Below, in pieces: positions 27,601-49,062 of a stretch of 64,000 nt of DNA; position 1 is the stretch's first letter, and every line of letters starts with the position of its first letter. This stretch comes from Tubiluchus corallicola (taxonomy: Eukaryota > Animalia > Priapulida). Below the pieces are notes generated by a model, which saw only the letters and a list, made by a program, of their open reading frames with translations, made no database searches and had not been told where the DNA came from. The stretch is from the NCBI GenBank assembly GCA_030141605.1, contig JAQGDQ010000125.1, positions 434,001-498,000 of the forward strand. Reading direction: 5' to 3'. Position numbers and translations under genes: made by a program.

Positions 27601-30600
27601 CAAATAAAATTCAATTTTCATGTTTGCTATTGATTATTAATTTAATAAAATGATGCCAGTTTAGTGCTTATTGATACAAGTAGTTGCACACTTCATAGCA
27701 GTTTTCTGTCTTCACATGTTAAAGAAAAGACCAAGTCTTTTGGGAAAATAAGCTTATTTCAATGTTCGGGAAAAGTGTTAGAAGAATTTAGTAGCAAAAG
27801 TATGATAAGGATCGTGTAATTATTAAAATCACGATCATTTCATGCTTGCATGCTCTCATTTTGAACAACCATTCTTCTATCAATGATGTCGATTATCGAC
27901 TGATTTGCACACTGTAAATTTTTGTCTAAAGTATAACGACTTTTCTCAAAAAATAGAGAGTGACTTTTGTGATATGTTTGCAAGAACATTAGGTAAGCTG
28001 GAGAATTTTGAATTAGTTTAAGTCAGTATACTGTACGAAAGTCATGAAGTCCACCAGTTATGCCATAATTTTCAAGCTAATGGCGGCTACCATAGCACCT
28101 GAAAATTTCTATACATTGGTAGTACAAAGTAACTTGTAGACAGTCTCTACAAGTTTCATTGTTATATTTTTCTAAGTTTAAGTCGTAACAGTAAAATAAA
28201 CACAACCTACTGAGCTACTTCTCCTTTCCTTCAACATTTTCAGACAGAATTGACAAAGCAGAAATTTGAATAAGGCCTTACTCTAAAACACAGCAATTAT
28301 TAACTGCATAACACTTACCATACCAGAGAATCATTATACAAAAACGCTGTGAACTTCACTTGAACAAAACTAGCTTCAACTTGGTTTAAAAAACTTTGTA
28401 CACGTAAATATGTGTTTTTGTCCAAAGGAAGAAACTGTATTCCATTGAACACATCCAACACATCACAAGAATCCCAAGGAACAGTTTGTAGATACTACAA
28501 AACAAAGAATTACACGGTATGAACCACTGCAAAAAAGCAACTAACTACTGCTAATTTTACACTAAGTGCAAGTGATGTAAGAAAGTTTAGCATGCTCATT
28601 AGCATAACAACGACACGTGTCAACATCTTTTCTTGTACGAATGCAAAATTTAATCTAATGTCTGATTAAAGTGATCGTTTCATCTGTAAAAAATGAGGAT
28701 GATTGTGATTCCCCTAAAATAGACTTCAAATCTAACCGCTCATGGAAAAATGAAATTAAACAAACCACTCATCGAAAAACAGAATACTTGTCTTCATTGT
28801 AATTTGAAAAATATAATTCTCAAGAAAAAACTAAGCAGAATAATGTAGAATATTTTACATTTGTTATCAACAAAAATGTTAGACTTCCATTTGTGGTGCA
28901 AGAATAATGTTGTGGGCCAGTATCAACAATTGGAAATTTGTGGTAGTACTTTTAAAATCAGCTTCATTCGGTAAACTCCTCTGGGTATGCTTCAATATAC
29001 AGTATAGCCTTTCAATTAATCAAGTCCTAGTAAAGATAAGAAGTATGGGGTATAATTAAATATGGTAAAATAAGGTACTCGCTGTCAGCTACTTACCCTA
29101 GGAAAAAAGTGCCCTAAGCGCAGTTTTAAATTATGTACACCTGCCTTTTCTACAATAGATGAAAATGTACCCATAAACAACTGTAAAAAATAAACAAAAA
29201 ACTTATGAGAATCTGGATGCTTACAGACGCTCTAATATGTCGCAAGTTCGAGCGCATGCAAAGCATACAGTAGCAACTCAAATAAGTGTTTATGCACAAA
29301 AAGGACATCCACGTTCAGTTTCACTGCCATCGCTGCCCATTCTAAGATACATACTTATTTAAAACAAATGAAAAACAAACTTATTTAATCACTTCTAATA
29401 ATTTACGCTATTATAAAAAAATGGCAAATACAGATACCTCAGATCGCACCTACCCGGAACATATGATACGATAACTTAAGGACAGATAAGTACACGTCAT
29501 CATGTACATCATCTTCCCGATATTCTAGAAAAGTCTGACTTTCTTTCAACTTTTGAATATGTGGAATGCTGACAACCTAAGAAAGAAAAAACAAATTCTC
29601 TTTAATCTATCGATAATATAATAATAATAATATCGAATTAAATAATATAGTAAACATCTAAATATATGACACTTAAGTCGAAAAGAATAAAAAAAGTCAA
29701 AAATAATTTCAAATTGGAAATTTATGCTTTAAAAAAGATTTAAAAATTGGGAGTAATGTTAGATATATATTTTGTTTCGCCTAGGTTTGCCTGATTTTAA
29801 CATACCAATAATAACCAGTATCCAGGTTCAGCTTCAAAAAATAATTGCCTTGTTTTCTGCGTATGCAATGATTCACAAGGTTTGTCCGTTGAGAATGTTC
29901 TGAAAATGAAAAGAAAAAAAACAAACATGTGAATAACTCACAAGAGTAACCTATAAAAGCGGTAAATTATAAAATAAATATTCTGCAAATCTACGATTTT
30001 TATCTATATCTGATTTATGGCAACTACAGTTAAACCAGTAATGTGAAGGTAAAAAACAATTATCCATGTCTAGGAGGTAGCCATCTAAAATGTTAATATA
30101 TCCGAAAACTAAAAAACTGAGCTATGTAGACAGAGAAGCAACAAATAGCTATACCTCGCAAATGTGACAATGGCTTCACACAGTCCAACATCTTTAATTT
30201 TGTGATTATCAGATGCTTCAGTAGGATAAAAAAATAAGATTTTTTGAAGTTCCTGTGAAGATGAAAACAAAAATGTTGACGAATTTAATGTAAACAAAAA
30301 CAAGGTGACATTAGTACTTGTATATGTGCATAATGTGTCCCTGGGCTGAACAACATGAGGGGCCATAACAGACAATAAAATGCTGCACTAGTAACTTAAT
30401 AAGTCCTGTATACTAGATATAGCCATTAAAAATGCAGAAAGTGATCATACTCTTATTGTGGAAGACAGCATACAAGTGCTGAATTTGCTCCCCAAATATG
30501 AGAGATTATAATGCCATTATCAGCTTATGTGATGGCAAAACCCATCTAGCCCTACCTTTAAACTAAGGTCCAGCTGACAATCAGCTGATAGTAGAACCTC

Positions 30601-31613
30601 TTATGTATCTATATATTTGAGTTTTCTTTAGGCTCCAATAAATAAATGCACGTTAAAGCAATAAGGTGGAAGCACTGTGTAAGGTAGCACTTAACAAGAA
30701 GCATACGAGAAATACTGCAAATTTTGTAGCTCTTTATTAAATGCCTATGAAAAAACCGTGAACAGCCAAAATTTAAAAACAACACTGTAATGGATTCACA
30801 TCATTATTTCATGTAACTTAATTTAATGAAGAAAATATCATCGACAACAATTAACAATCACATTATTCCCAGAGAACAACAAGAGGAAATGTGACTCTAG
30901 ACAGACCACAAGCGTTCACTACAGAAAAAGCCTTGATTCCTCGTGCACTTACAAGTGTATTTAATTCTACACGTTTTTGCAAATACACATCCGTTTCCAA
31001 ATACAATTCAATAATACAGCGTAATGACGCCATTATTCAAAATCCCAACGATTTTGTTGGCTTATCAACAAACATGAGTTGTGTGACGGCAAATTATTTG
31101 ATAATCTCTCCAATTTACTAATCATTCAACAAAAAATTATAAGTAAAAAATTCAGCCCACAGCTAGTTTAGTACTTTTTTCATTTTTATACATATAAAAT
31201 CATATGAGTAACATAAAAAACTTAGATATGACTCTAGTCTCAGCCAAGTAACAGCTTCTTAGAATAGTGCTATATGAGAGTAAAAAAAACTGAACTATAC
31301 AATTCATATAAAATACGTGTTTTGCATATTATTTTCTTAAGACTCCAACATTTGCGAATTGAAAGAAAACTAAAACTGCCGTAGTACGTACTAACCTACT
31401 TGCTAAAGTTCAAGTACATTACAGATTTTTATCACGCTTGCAAATTTTATATTCATAACTTTATTACTATATTATTAGGTCTACTTAGTATGTACAGTGT
31501 GTCCGGTCCACATTCAAAAAAGACGAAAAGCACTAATTGTTTAAACTCACCTTTCCCTCTTCTCGGCCGAGTGAAGGATTATAGACAAAAAATTTCAAAA
31601 GATTAATTGTCAT
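21688..31613 (-). CDS. CCZ1: Vacuolar fusion protein CCZ1 (subunit of the Mon1-Ccz1 Rab7 GEF); 462 aa
   Basis: Exons 31613-31551 (MTINLLKFFVYNPSLGREEGK), 30252-30155 (KILFFYP...KIKDVGLCEAIVTFAR), 29899-29806, 29576-29454, 29180-29097, 28494-28319 (GIQFLPLDKNTYLRVQSF), 27148-26993 (SGLEQDDIRILYKYLTTSLFP), 25278-25130, 24853-24742, 23307-23155 (YIYFNHMNLAQKS), 22832-22708 (DFWVVGKKSDQRE) and 21743-21688 (EVKKLCATHFNNIFFLD*). They total 1389 nt in frame. Confidence 0.95.
25346..26169. mobile_element. Old MITE-like element with CAGTGTTG-type ends and GTAGTAACTAC-like subterminal repeats, in a CCZ1 intron
   Basis: Left end cagtgatgagttaattac, right end gtgctactatccaacactg. Many gtagt/actac motifs lie near both ends. 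No clean TSD. Confidence 0.5.
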
Positions 31614-31879
31614 AGTCACAGACGTGTATCGTATTTCGCATTATTACGGCGATAATACATGTACTCCTACACAAATTATTCCATTAGGTAACAGTAAGAA
31701 TCAGAATGTCTGCTTGATTTGGAAAAAAATTAAATAGTTATCGTTGCTATGCTTTCTTTTAACAAGAATGCTGACAAAAAGCTATTATTACACAAAATTT
31801 TTATTATAATAATTGGGCCTTATCTGTAATGAACATTCAGCGACAAATCGCAATGAATCTAACTGTCGCACATAATATT

Positions 31880-32043
31880 AAAGCGCACTTTCGAAATTCC
31901 GGTGACGCTTATGACGCTTCTACTCTTTCGATTCTATTCGTTGCGCTTTTTTTGGTGCAACGGCAATTTTGTAGAGAGCGATTTTCTACGAGATTTAATC
32001 GTTTCCTGTTCAGCGTTCCCGGTGTTAATTGCTCTGTGTAAGT
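31880..32043 (+). promoter_or_regulatory. Candidate CCZ1/PSMD11 bidirectional promoter and non-coding first exon of PSMD11
   Basis: CpG-enriched stretch with TTCCGG (ETS-like) and two TGACG half-sites, followed by a GTAAGT donor at 32038. A polypyrimidine tract plus AG at 34008-34009 lies about 100 nt before the PSMD11 ATG. Confidence 0.45.
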
Positions 32044-32613
32044 TCATACTAATTACATGGTTCATACAAAAGGCATAGAAACCACATATAAAATCATGGG
32101 TGATGCCGTTACCGCTCTACAGATTTTTTTTACAAAAGCTGTACTGATTTTTTGAATGCAATTGGTTAACCTGAAGCTGGATTTATTTGCGGGAATAAAT
32201 GTTTATACTTCCTATTTAAAGATGAGCCACATTGAAAAACAGGCATTAATAATAACGTTACAGTATTTAAATCTGAGTTTCTGATTTATCTTATGCTATT
32301 ATAAATGCGTCTGCATATGAGACATTTCAATTTACTTTTATTATAATTACAAAATTAAATTATATTATAATTATGCTAAGCATGAAGTTTATATACTTAG
32401 AATGGTGTAAGCTCAAGTATGCTTATGTACATGTTCAATTAAGTGGCTGTACATGTTTGACCCTTCTTCAAATAGGTTTACATAGCAAATGTCTGATTCA
32501 ACAGCATGGCCTTCAACAAAACACGTGGTGATGCGATCATGTGTGGCCAGTCATATGTCTTGCTGGAGTTATTATACTTTTAATGATATTTAATTGTGAC
32601 TTTTCTGTTTTGA

Positions 32614-32725
32614 AATACCTCGGCAAAGGTATTTGCCATTTGTTTGTTTGTTAGAATGTTTGAATGTTTTATAGGCTCTGATTATGTAAAAACAACTTTT
32701 TATAAATTTTCATGAAACTTCTTGA
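32614..32725 (+). mobile_element. HINE/DINE-1-like (Helentron-derived) fragment
   Basis: aatacctcggcaaagg...(gttt)n...aaattttcatgaaactt, the same architecture as the copy near 52270. Confidence 0.45.
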
Positions 32726-33039
32726 GGGCCTATATGCGCTATACACTATATACACTAGGCTTATAGTGCTATTGCACAATGTAAAAATAAACAAATTACT
32801 TCTAACTTTGAAAAAATTTTGAAGCTTCAAAAGTTGCTCTACTTTTTAGGCCTAGTTTACTGCATACAAATATCAAATAGGGCGATTTCTACTTTTTAAA
32901 ATCATTTGGAACAATTATGAATATAAAATACAGCACTAGTAAAATTGTAATAAATTATGAAAATAGTTCACATTGGTATGTTTAGTTATTTATTTATCTT
33001 CCTACAAATTGACAATCACAATGTAAATCAGTTATTTAC

Positions 33040-33330
33040 AAATACAAATATTTAAAATTAGAGATTAGGATAAAGACCATCATGAGCTGGGTTGCTTAAA
33101 TATGCCAATTAAAAAGTTGGCATTCACTTAAATGTATGGTCTTGAGTTTTTTCTTTAAAAAAATCGTTGGTCATTGCTTCAGCATTGTGGCATCAGTAAT
33201 GTTCACTGGTAGGTTATTCCAAATTACTACAATTTTTACAGGAGTGATTTCTGAAACACTGAACTCTAGAGTGTTCAAATGCACTGCAATGTCTATAATC
33301 TACAGTGTATACAGCCTCTAGTAAAAAAAA
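33040..33330 (-). mobile_element. 3' end relic of a CR1/L2-like LINE
   Basis: The minus strand reads IVVIWNNLPVNITDATML, matching the WNxLP motif typical of CR1/L2 ORF2 C-termini. Confidence 0.5.
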
Positions 33331-34113
33331 CAAAATCTCTGTCAGTTGCATTTTCACTATGAATGACATCATAACGTGCACTGACTAGCTTCATTATTTA
33401 ATTCAGGTATTTGCAAATTTTGCTCAAGTCAGCTCTAAGCTAGAACACATATATGTACAGACCTATTTTTACCCATGAGAATGAAATCTGTTCTGGATTT
33501 CGTAATGGTGCATGCTACGCAGATCTTGGTTCAGCCAATTGCTTCATTCTTTGCCAATATTGTAGCAGATAATTGTTAAGAGCACTCCCTGTTGAAGTGT
33601 TAAGCAATGCATGTCGATGTTAAGTCAAGTATTAGAATACAGGAAGACAACTGGTAATACCAGTTGTTAAGAAAAAGAGGTGACACAAAAGTAAAAGATG
33701 AAGGTTAATAAAGAAGAATCCTTGATGCTCATTGGATGTAGCCGACAAAGAGGAGATTATTGAAGCACCTGTAAAGATTCTGCAGTAATATGATCGAAGA
33801 AACTTGGCTAACGTAACCCTGAAAAAGATAATGAGCAACAGTACATTAATATATCAAGATAATTAATTTGAAGTATGTTTAAGTATTATTTTATGTATTT
33901 TAGTAATACCATGTTATCATCATTCTATTATAACTCAATCGTTGTAGCTGATTTATTGTAAAGGTTGAATGTTTATGTCTTTTCTTTTCTGTTTTGCGAT
34001 TGTTCGTAGAACTAAATATTATGATTAGCTGGAAAGGTAGCTGTTAGTCGCGGAAGATAAACGCAGCAACGAAATATTTTTTGAGGATCACAAATTACTA
34101 GGCGCCGCTAAAC

Positions 34114-42991
<8,878 letters not shown>

Positions 42992-43638
42992 TGTTGGGTG
43001 CATTTGTATATAAATGTGTTTAACTGTTTAACATTTCGGCATGTGCATGAGATGTGTGTGCCATGTTTAGGATAAACATTGGTTTCGCGTTACTTTACAA
43101 AGCTAATATACTTTTCTTACATATATATAAAATAATGTTTTGTTGCTTTCAAAAAAAAACATTTTACTGTTTATGCATTTAAAATGAGTCTCAGTTTTCA
43201 ATTTGTGTGCTGCTGACTGAGCATCATGTGTTACCTAGTGTAAAGTTTGAAAATTGATTCTGTTTTGCGGAAAAGCCTTGCTTTTGGTTTTGGCAATGGA
43301 CAGTTAGTGAGACCGTTTAACGCATACTGTTATACTTGAATATTTAAAATAACTCATTGATAATTTTATGAACCAATATTTATGACTTTGTGTGAAAAAG
43401 ATTTGTAGGAAAGCAGGAGAGTTGTATCAGGGTTTAAACCAGGCCATTTTAGATTGCCTGCCTATTGTCCTGTCTCTTGTGTTTAAGTCAGTACTATTGC
43501 TTCCTCATTCCGAAGAGGGTTCAATGGGTTATCAACATATTTAACATTGAGTGGTACTCTAACCCAATTTACAATATGATTAGAATAAGTAATGTAATAT
43601 ATGTACAAATTAAGATATTTGCCTTTATCAGTTTACAA

Positions 43639-44070
43639 CAGGGGTGTGCAAACTGCGGCCCGCGGGCCACTTGCGGCCCGCCGAGAGATCTTGTGCAGCC
43701 CGCGAAGAGGTTTATAAACTTAATGAAAGTGCGGACCACGCGATCCAGCTGAAGTCTGCACCATTGTCGCAAAGATAGTGCGGGTAGTTTTTTCCTTTAG
43801 ATCGGATGGCATTAACCCTTACAAGACCGTTGTCACTTAATGTCACTGTCGGACATGACGAAATATATGGTTTTTAATATAAATTTTAATAACTTCTAAA
43901 ATAGTTTCTTGAGTGTAGTAGTGCAGTAGTAATGATGTGACAGATCAAATGCAGAAAAATCGTTATTAGGTCCTACTGTACTTGGCTCCTTGACCAAACT
44001 GCATGCGGCCCACAGGAATTGCGTGAAAGTTTAATGTGGCCCGGCTAGTCAGATAATTTGCACACCCCTG
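43639..44070. mobile_element. hAT-type non-autonomous MITE, 432 bp
   Basis: Perfect 14-bp TIRs CAGGGGTGTGCAAA and a perfect 8-bp TSD GTTTACAA (43631-43638 and 44071-44078), with GCGGCCC subterminal repeats. Confidence 0.93.
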
Positions 44071-44559
44071 GTTTACAAGCAATTATAACTATAACAGCAC
44101 ATTTTTCTGCTCCCGTTGGATACTTAATCTAATAAAAGAAACATCAGAATTGGTTTTGGTTATTAACAAGTGTTGTCTATTGAAATGTATTTTTCATTGT
44201 CACTTACTTTTTAGGGTCAATCAAAATTAAAATGTTTACAACCTAAGGATGTACTGTGTATTGCAATTTTTAAAATCAGTTATAAACTACCACAACTTGG
44301 CTTTAAATTTTTTACATGATTTCATCCTAGTATGCAAGTGCTTGGTAAATGCTGTTATGTATTGCTTTGATACCTTAGGCGGCACTAATCAATGGCCCCC
44401 TGCACATTCGACACCTGCAAGTGCATACCTGTGTCACAGAAAAATGAATAAATTACATGTACTATTATTGATTTTCTTGTTAAGATTTTTGTCAAACCAT
44501 TGTACCTGCTTTGAAGCTACTAAATATCCCTGTTTCCAGGATTTTCCCGATATTTAGAT

Positions 44560-44800
44560 TATTGTTGCACTGTCACACTTTTTTGCAGATTATCTTTTAT
44601 TGTCCTCCAGCTCAGCCTTCTCTGCAGTTACAACAATGTAAGATTGCCCATATATGTGTGATGCTGTCAGTGTCTGGAGCTTTCAGATGTTTCATTTTAC
44701 CAGATTTGATGTTCATTTGTTCAATTTCATTGATGATTTTTAGTCGGAGAGTGCGAACTTTACTGAGTGGAAATAGAAAGCCTTAACTCTACATTTATCT
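44560..44800 (-). mobile_element. Decayed LINE ORF2 fragment (region just before the RT domain)
   Basis: The minus strand reads IINEIEQMNIKSGKMKHLKAPDTDSITHIW, resembling the EV..AI..LK..KAPGPDGI motif of non-LTR ORF2. Confidence 0.4.
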
Positions 44801-46745
44801 ACTTAAATGTGTTGTACGGGGGTATCTTGTCATTCAAGCTGTGTAACTCACTGTCAGACAGACACATTATTAGGAGGATTTCTTGATCAAGGAAGAGAAA
44901 TATTTGTGTCATACGACTACATTAATAATTATGACTTATAGGTAAGTAGTGGCAAAATTATGAGTATTATGAGGTTTTCATTTTTTGTGAGACGCAATGC
45001 TACATTTATTATTCTCATTTTATGTAGGAGGTATGTCTAGAAGTTTGTAAATCGTTAGCTCCATCTTAGATATTTATTTTCGTAATACTAGTTGTCTTTC
45101 AGATAGTAACTATGGAGCTGAAGGTCTAGTTTCCTGTTAGAACTGTGGGAGCTTACGTTGTTCTGGTTGATCCTCTAGAGCTAGTTGGTTTGTCCCTGAT
45201 TTTTCTATTTGGCAATGAAAAGCAATGTTGTATTATGTCTCCTTGTTCTACTTTATACAAGGTTGAAGTTTTAGTAAAAGTTGGTATTCAAGTACCTGAA
45301 ACAACAGCAAAGTAGGTTAATTTTTTGAGTGCCAAATTTGCAGGTTGATCACCTGCAAAATGCGTTCAAGATGAAACCGGTGATGAGAAAGGACCAAAAT
45401 TTGCATATATGATGTCACAGTTGTAAAAACTTCAATAATGCGAATTGAGCATACATTGTTTTAGGACTGGCAGAGTAACATTAGAGTCTTGACTGAATGC
45501 GCTGACTTTATATTTCTAATTACAAGCAGGCACTTTATCGATTCTGTTTCTCTCTTTAATTCTTAATCACATTGGAAGTGATTATTTGGCAGCCTTTTTG
45601 TGGTGTTACAAATTAGATTTATGATGTGAAAGCATAAAAGGTTTTGTCCATCTAGCTTTTATTTCCAATATAATTAGTCTATTAATTTAGTTTTGTTCTA
45701 TAAGGTTTTCTCGGTACAAAGTTGAAGGCAACTGAGTTTCTATAACCAGATTAGTAATTTGTAGTACATTCAAGTACTGTCATTTGTATTATCATCTGTA
45801 TCTATCTATCTATTTGGCAGTGATTCTAATTGTCAATAGGAGGAACTGTTTTTTTAACGAGATAAGTCTTCAAATAAGTTGTTGTGCGCTATGCTGCAGT
45901 GTAAGAGGTTTCATTTGCTGTCATACCGGTCGTTGCACCACGTTATCGATTGCAGGTTTTTTGCTATCATAAGAACAGTAGTATAAAAATAACCAAGCTT
46001 CGTCGTCAATCACTGCATGAGACAAAATAAAACGGTGAGTAAACTCAGATTGATACATGTGATATTCGGTTTGTTTGATCAGTGATTGAATGAGAAGGGA
46101 TTGCCGGAAAAGCAGCCCACTTGCTCTGTTTACGTGACCGGTGTCGTCATCTGATAAAATTATGTTCAACACTACCGGTAGTTGGGGTGTCTTTAATGTA
46201 ACGCTCTAGGTCCTGCTGTGTAATTTTACAGATTAAGTATTGCACAGTTCGTGGAATATACTGTTTACGTGCGTTACTTCATTCACGCATGTAGGTCTTC
46301 TGGGGATGCTTAATAATCATTGTCAACATCAGCTTGGTAACTGAGTGAGATAATTATCAGCACAATAATGACACATTGAGTGTTAGTTCCGTCAGCCACT
46401 GTCGTTGGATTACGTCCATTATTTATAGTGTATCAGTAAGAGATGTTGGAGAATGGAGAATTAATGTTAGCAGGTTCGGCTGGGCTGATTTCTCATTAGC
46501 CTTGGTTGATTTGTAATTTTCTCGCATATTCTGTCAACACTGCACTTTTGTCGGTTATTGGCTGTTTTTTTTATTAAGTTTATAAATGAAACTACAACAA
46601 CAAAATATCCATAATCTTATAGTGTAAACTTTTTCTACAATTTGGCACATTGCGTGACGGAACCCTGCACTCGGCGAGAGAATCTATTAAAAGTAGAAGT
46701 TTGTGGCAGGACCCGAATCTAGGTAATGATAAGGAAAAAATCCTC

Positions 46746-47025
46746 TAAGATGAAATGTTGAATCAGCTTAATTGCATGTAAACCTTCCCTCAGTGAGGGA
46801 AATATTTGGAGGCAGTATAGCAGATGAAATTTGCATTAAGAATCAGTTAGCCCAGATGTCACCTATCCATTTACTAACCATGACTGTAAGATGAAATATT
46901 GAATCAGCTTAATTGCATGTAAACCTTCCCTCCGTGAGGGTAATACTTGGAGGCAGTATAGCAGATGAAATTTGCATTAAGAATCAATTAGCCCAGATGT
47001 CACCTATCCATTTACTAACCATGAC
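46746..47025. repeat. Two-copy tandem duplication, period 141 bp, upstream of CDK5R1
   Basis: 46746-46884 and 46887-47025 are near-identical, with about 5 substitutions. Confidence 0.92.
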
Positions 47026-49062
47026 GGCCCAACTACCGTAGATTGTAAATCGAAATTTAGTTTACTGTAAGAAGAACTTTTTGAATTGGAATGAGCTCAA
47101 AAGAATCTAACACCGTCACAAAATCAAACAACTATAATTACCCGCAGTATTTTGTCGTGAGTTTGTTGGACTATTTGGTTAATATCTTGTTCCCATTGTT
47201 AATAAATAAACGAGCTCCGAGTGTTAACTTTGTATAAAAGCACCACTTGCTGCTTATCCAATAAACGTACGAAGATTAGAACGCCTGAAAAGGCTTTCCA
47301 CCACCAGTGGTACTTGAACCTAGTGCCTTCTGCTAGTGTTCAGTATAATGCATAATGTTATATTTATGTAGCATAATTTGCCTTTTTCAAACGCTGTTCT
47401 GAGAATGTCACTATGTAATAAATACTGGTACAGTACATAGCTAATAAAAAAACCCACACAAAAGGTTGTACTGTCCCCCATTGTGCGAAAAAAATCGAAA
47501 CGAAACGATGGGCCGAAACTTCGACTTTTTTAATAAAGGACTTTGCCTAGCAAACTTGCATTCCACATTTTACTAATAGCTCAAGCGCTTGTTTTTTTTT
47601 GTATTTTTTGTCCTACATAGTAGCCCATATAGATTTACTAAAGGTATCAGAGAGAGTTCTCACTTCTCTGCTTTTCACTTACTAAACGCGCCGCAGCTTG
47701 AAAGAATTCGCGCAAAAATAGACATTTTCTGTTCGTTCGCATAAAGAAAGAGCTACTGACAGCGAGATTGACAAGATAAATGACAAGTTTATGGCTTCAT
47801 TTTTGCGCTCTCTGTGCGCTGGCAAAGGGTTAATTTCATTTGGCGTTACCGTGGTAACAAAAATTTGTTCAACAACTCTATTATCGACTAATTTGTGGCT
47901 CCAGCATCATTTCCAGTCTGCTGAGCTGACGGAAAACCAGAAATTCGTTTTAACTCCTTCGTAATGTACATGTCATTACAGGCTTCTTTCGATATTACAT
48001 AGTAAGAACATGGCTATCGCGTGAACATGCCAATGCAAAGCTTACAATCTGAAGTACTTTTCAGCACTAGTGATGCGCGAGAAAGTACTACTGTATATTT
48101 AGCAAAGCACGGTGTATTGAAAAAAATCTGGTTCTGAAAATATGTTTTATCACTAATCTTGCGCAGCCTAAATTTTAATATTTTCATTCTGGTAAGAACT
48201 GCTACTGGAATAAAAATTTGAATTGAATTGAAGTTAATTACATTATTTATTTCAAATTTGTAAAGGTATACCGCCAGTGTAACAAATTGTAACTGGTTGT
48301 CAAAGGGAATACGTTATTCATGAAACCTTATTAAACTTTAATTTTCTGACATTTGCATTTATATGCACGCCTACATTTAATTACTTAATTACACGCTGGA
48401 GAAGCAAAAATCATTTGACTACACGAAGAAAAGGATGCATATCATTTATAAGAATTAGGACGTCAGCATTTATAGCTGTACTTTTAAAAATATTGTTGCT
48501 TCGCTAGGTTTGTCTACGTCATAGTTATTTCTGGCTCGTCAGTCGACACATTTTATTTCATTATTGATGCATACCTATGCAAGACTTTCGTATTTGAGTT
48601 GAAATACGAGACGAAGCTAAACGCATTTTCCATTGAGTTAGGACAATACAGACACACTGTGTGCTTGAAGTATCCTCCCGTTGCTGCCAATAGTCTGAAT
48701 GGAGCAAAGACAGCAATTATTGGTTTTATTCTCGTAAACTTAACAATGTTGCTAGCGTCTGAGGCTACTGCAAAGTGGTTTCTCGCAATCAATAATTCAG
48801 AATGTGCATCGCTGTTACATTACCTCATCTCGCAGCTTCCTTACTGCACGATGCTCAGTGACGTACAGCACATCTATTGGCTAGTCGCGGCAACAAGAAT
48901 CGATTCTTCATCAAATATTGTTCCACCATGAGAGAAGAAAATATTGGCTAGGGCAAGTTTTCTGAATGTTTTTCCGTTCGAGATGATGTTTTGTGAAAAC
49001 GAAGAAGTCAGATGTTAATCGCAGAGGAGAATTTGTGATACTTGTTTGAGAGGCTGACAAGA

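Noticed and set aside
32097-32150. Possible C/D box snoRNA (GTGATGC...CTGA)
   Set aside because: Imperfect C box, short length, no terminal stem and no recognisable rRNA guide.
33636-33840. Purine-rich, coding-looking segment upstream of PSMD11
   Set aside because: Stops in all three plus frames and no recognisable homology.
46785-46802. IRE-like hairpin TTCCCT-CAGTG-AGGGAA
   Set aside because: It lacks the canonical bulged-C plus 5-bp stem geometry, the loop changes to CCGTG in the second copy, and it is probably untranscribed.
49042-49062. TTG-initiated N-terminal extension of p35 in the ORF track
   Set aside because: p35 needs Gly2 for myristoylation, so the MGTVLS ATG at 49063 is the family start.
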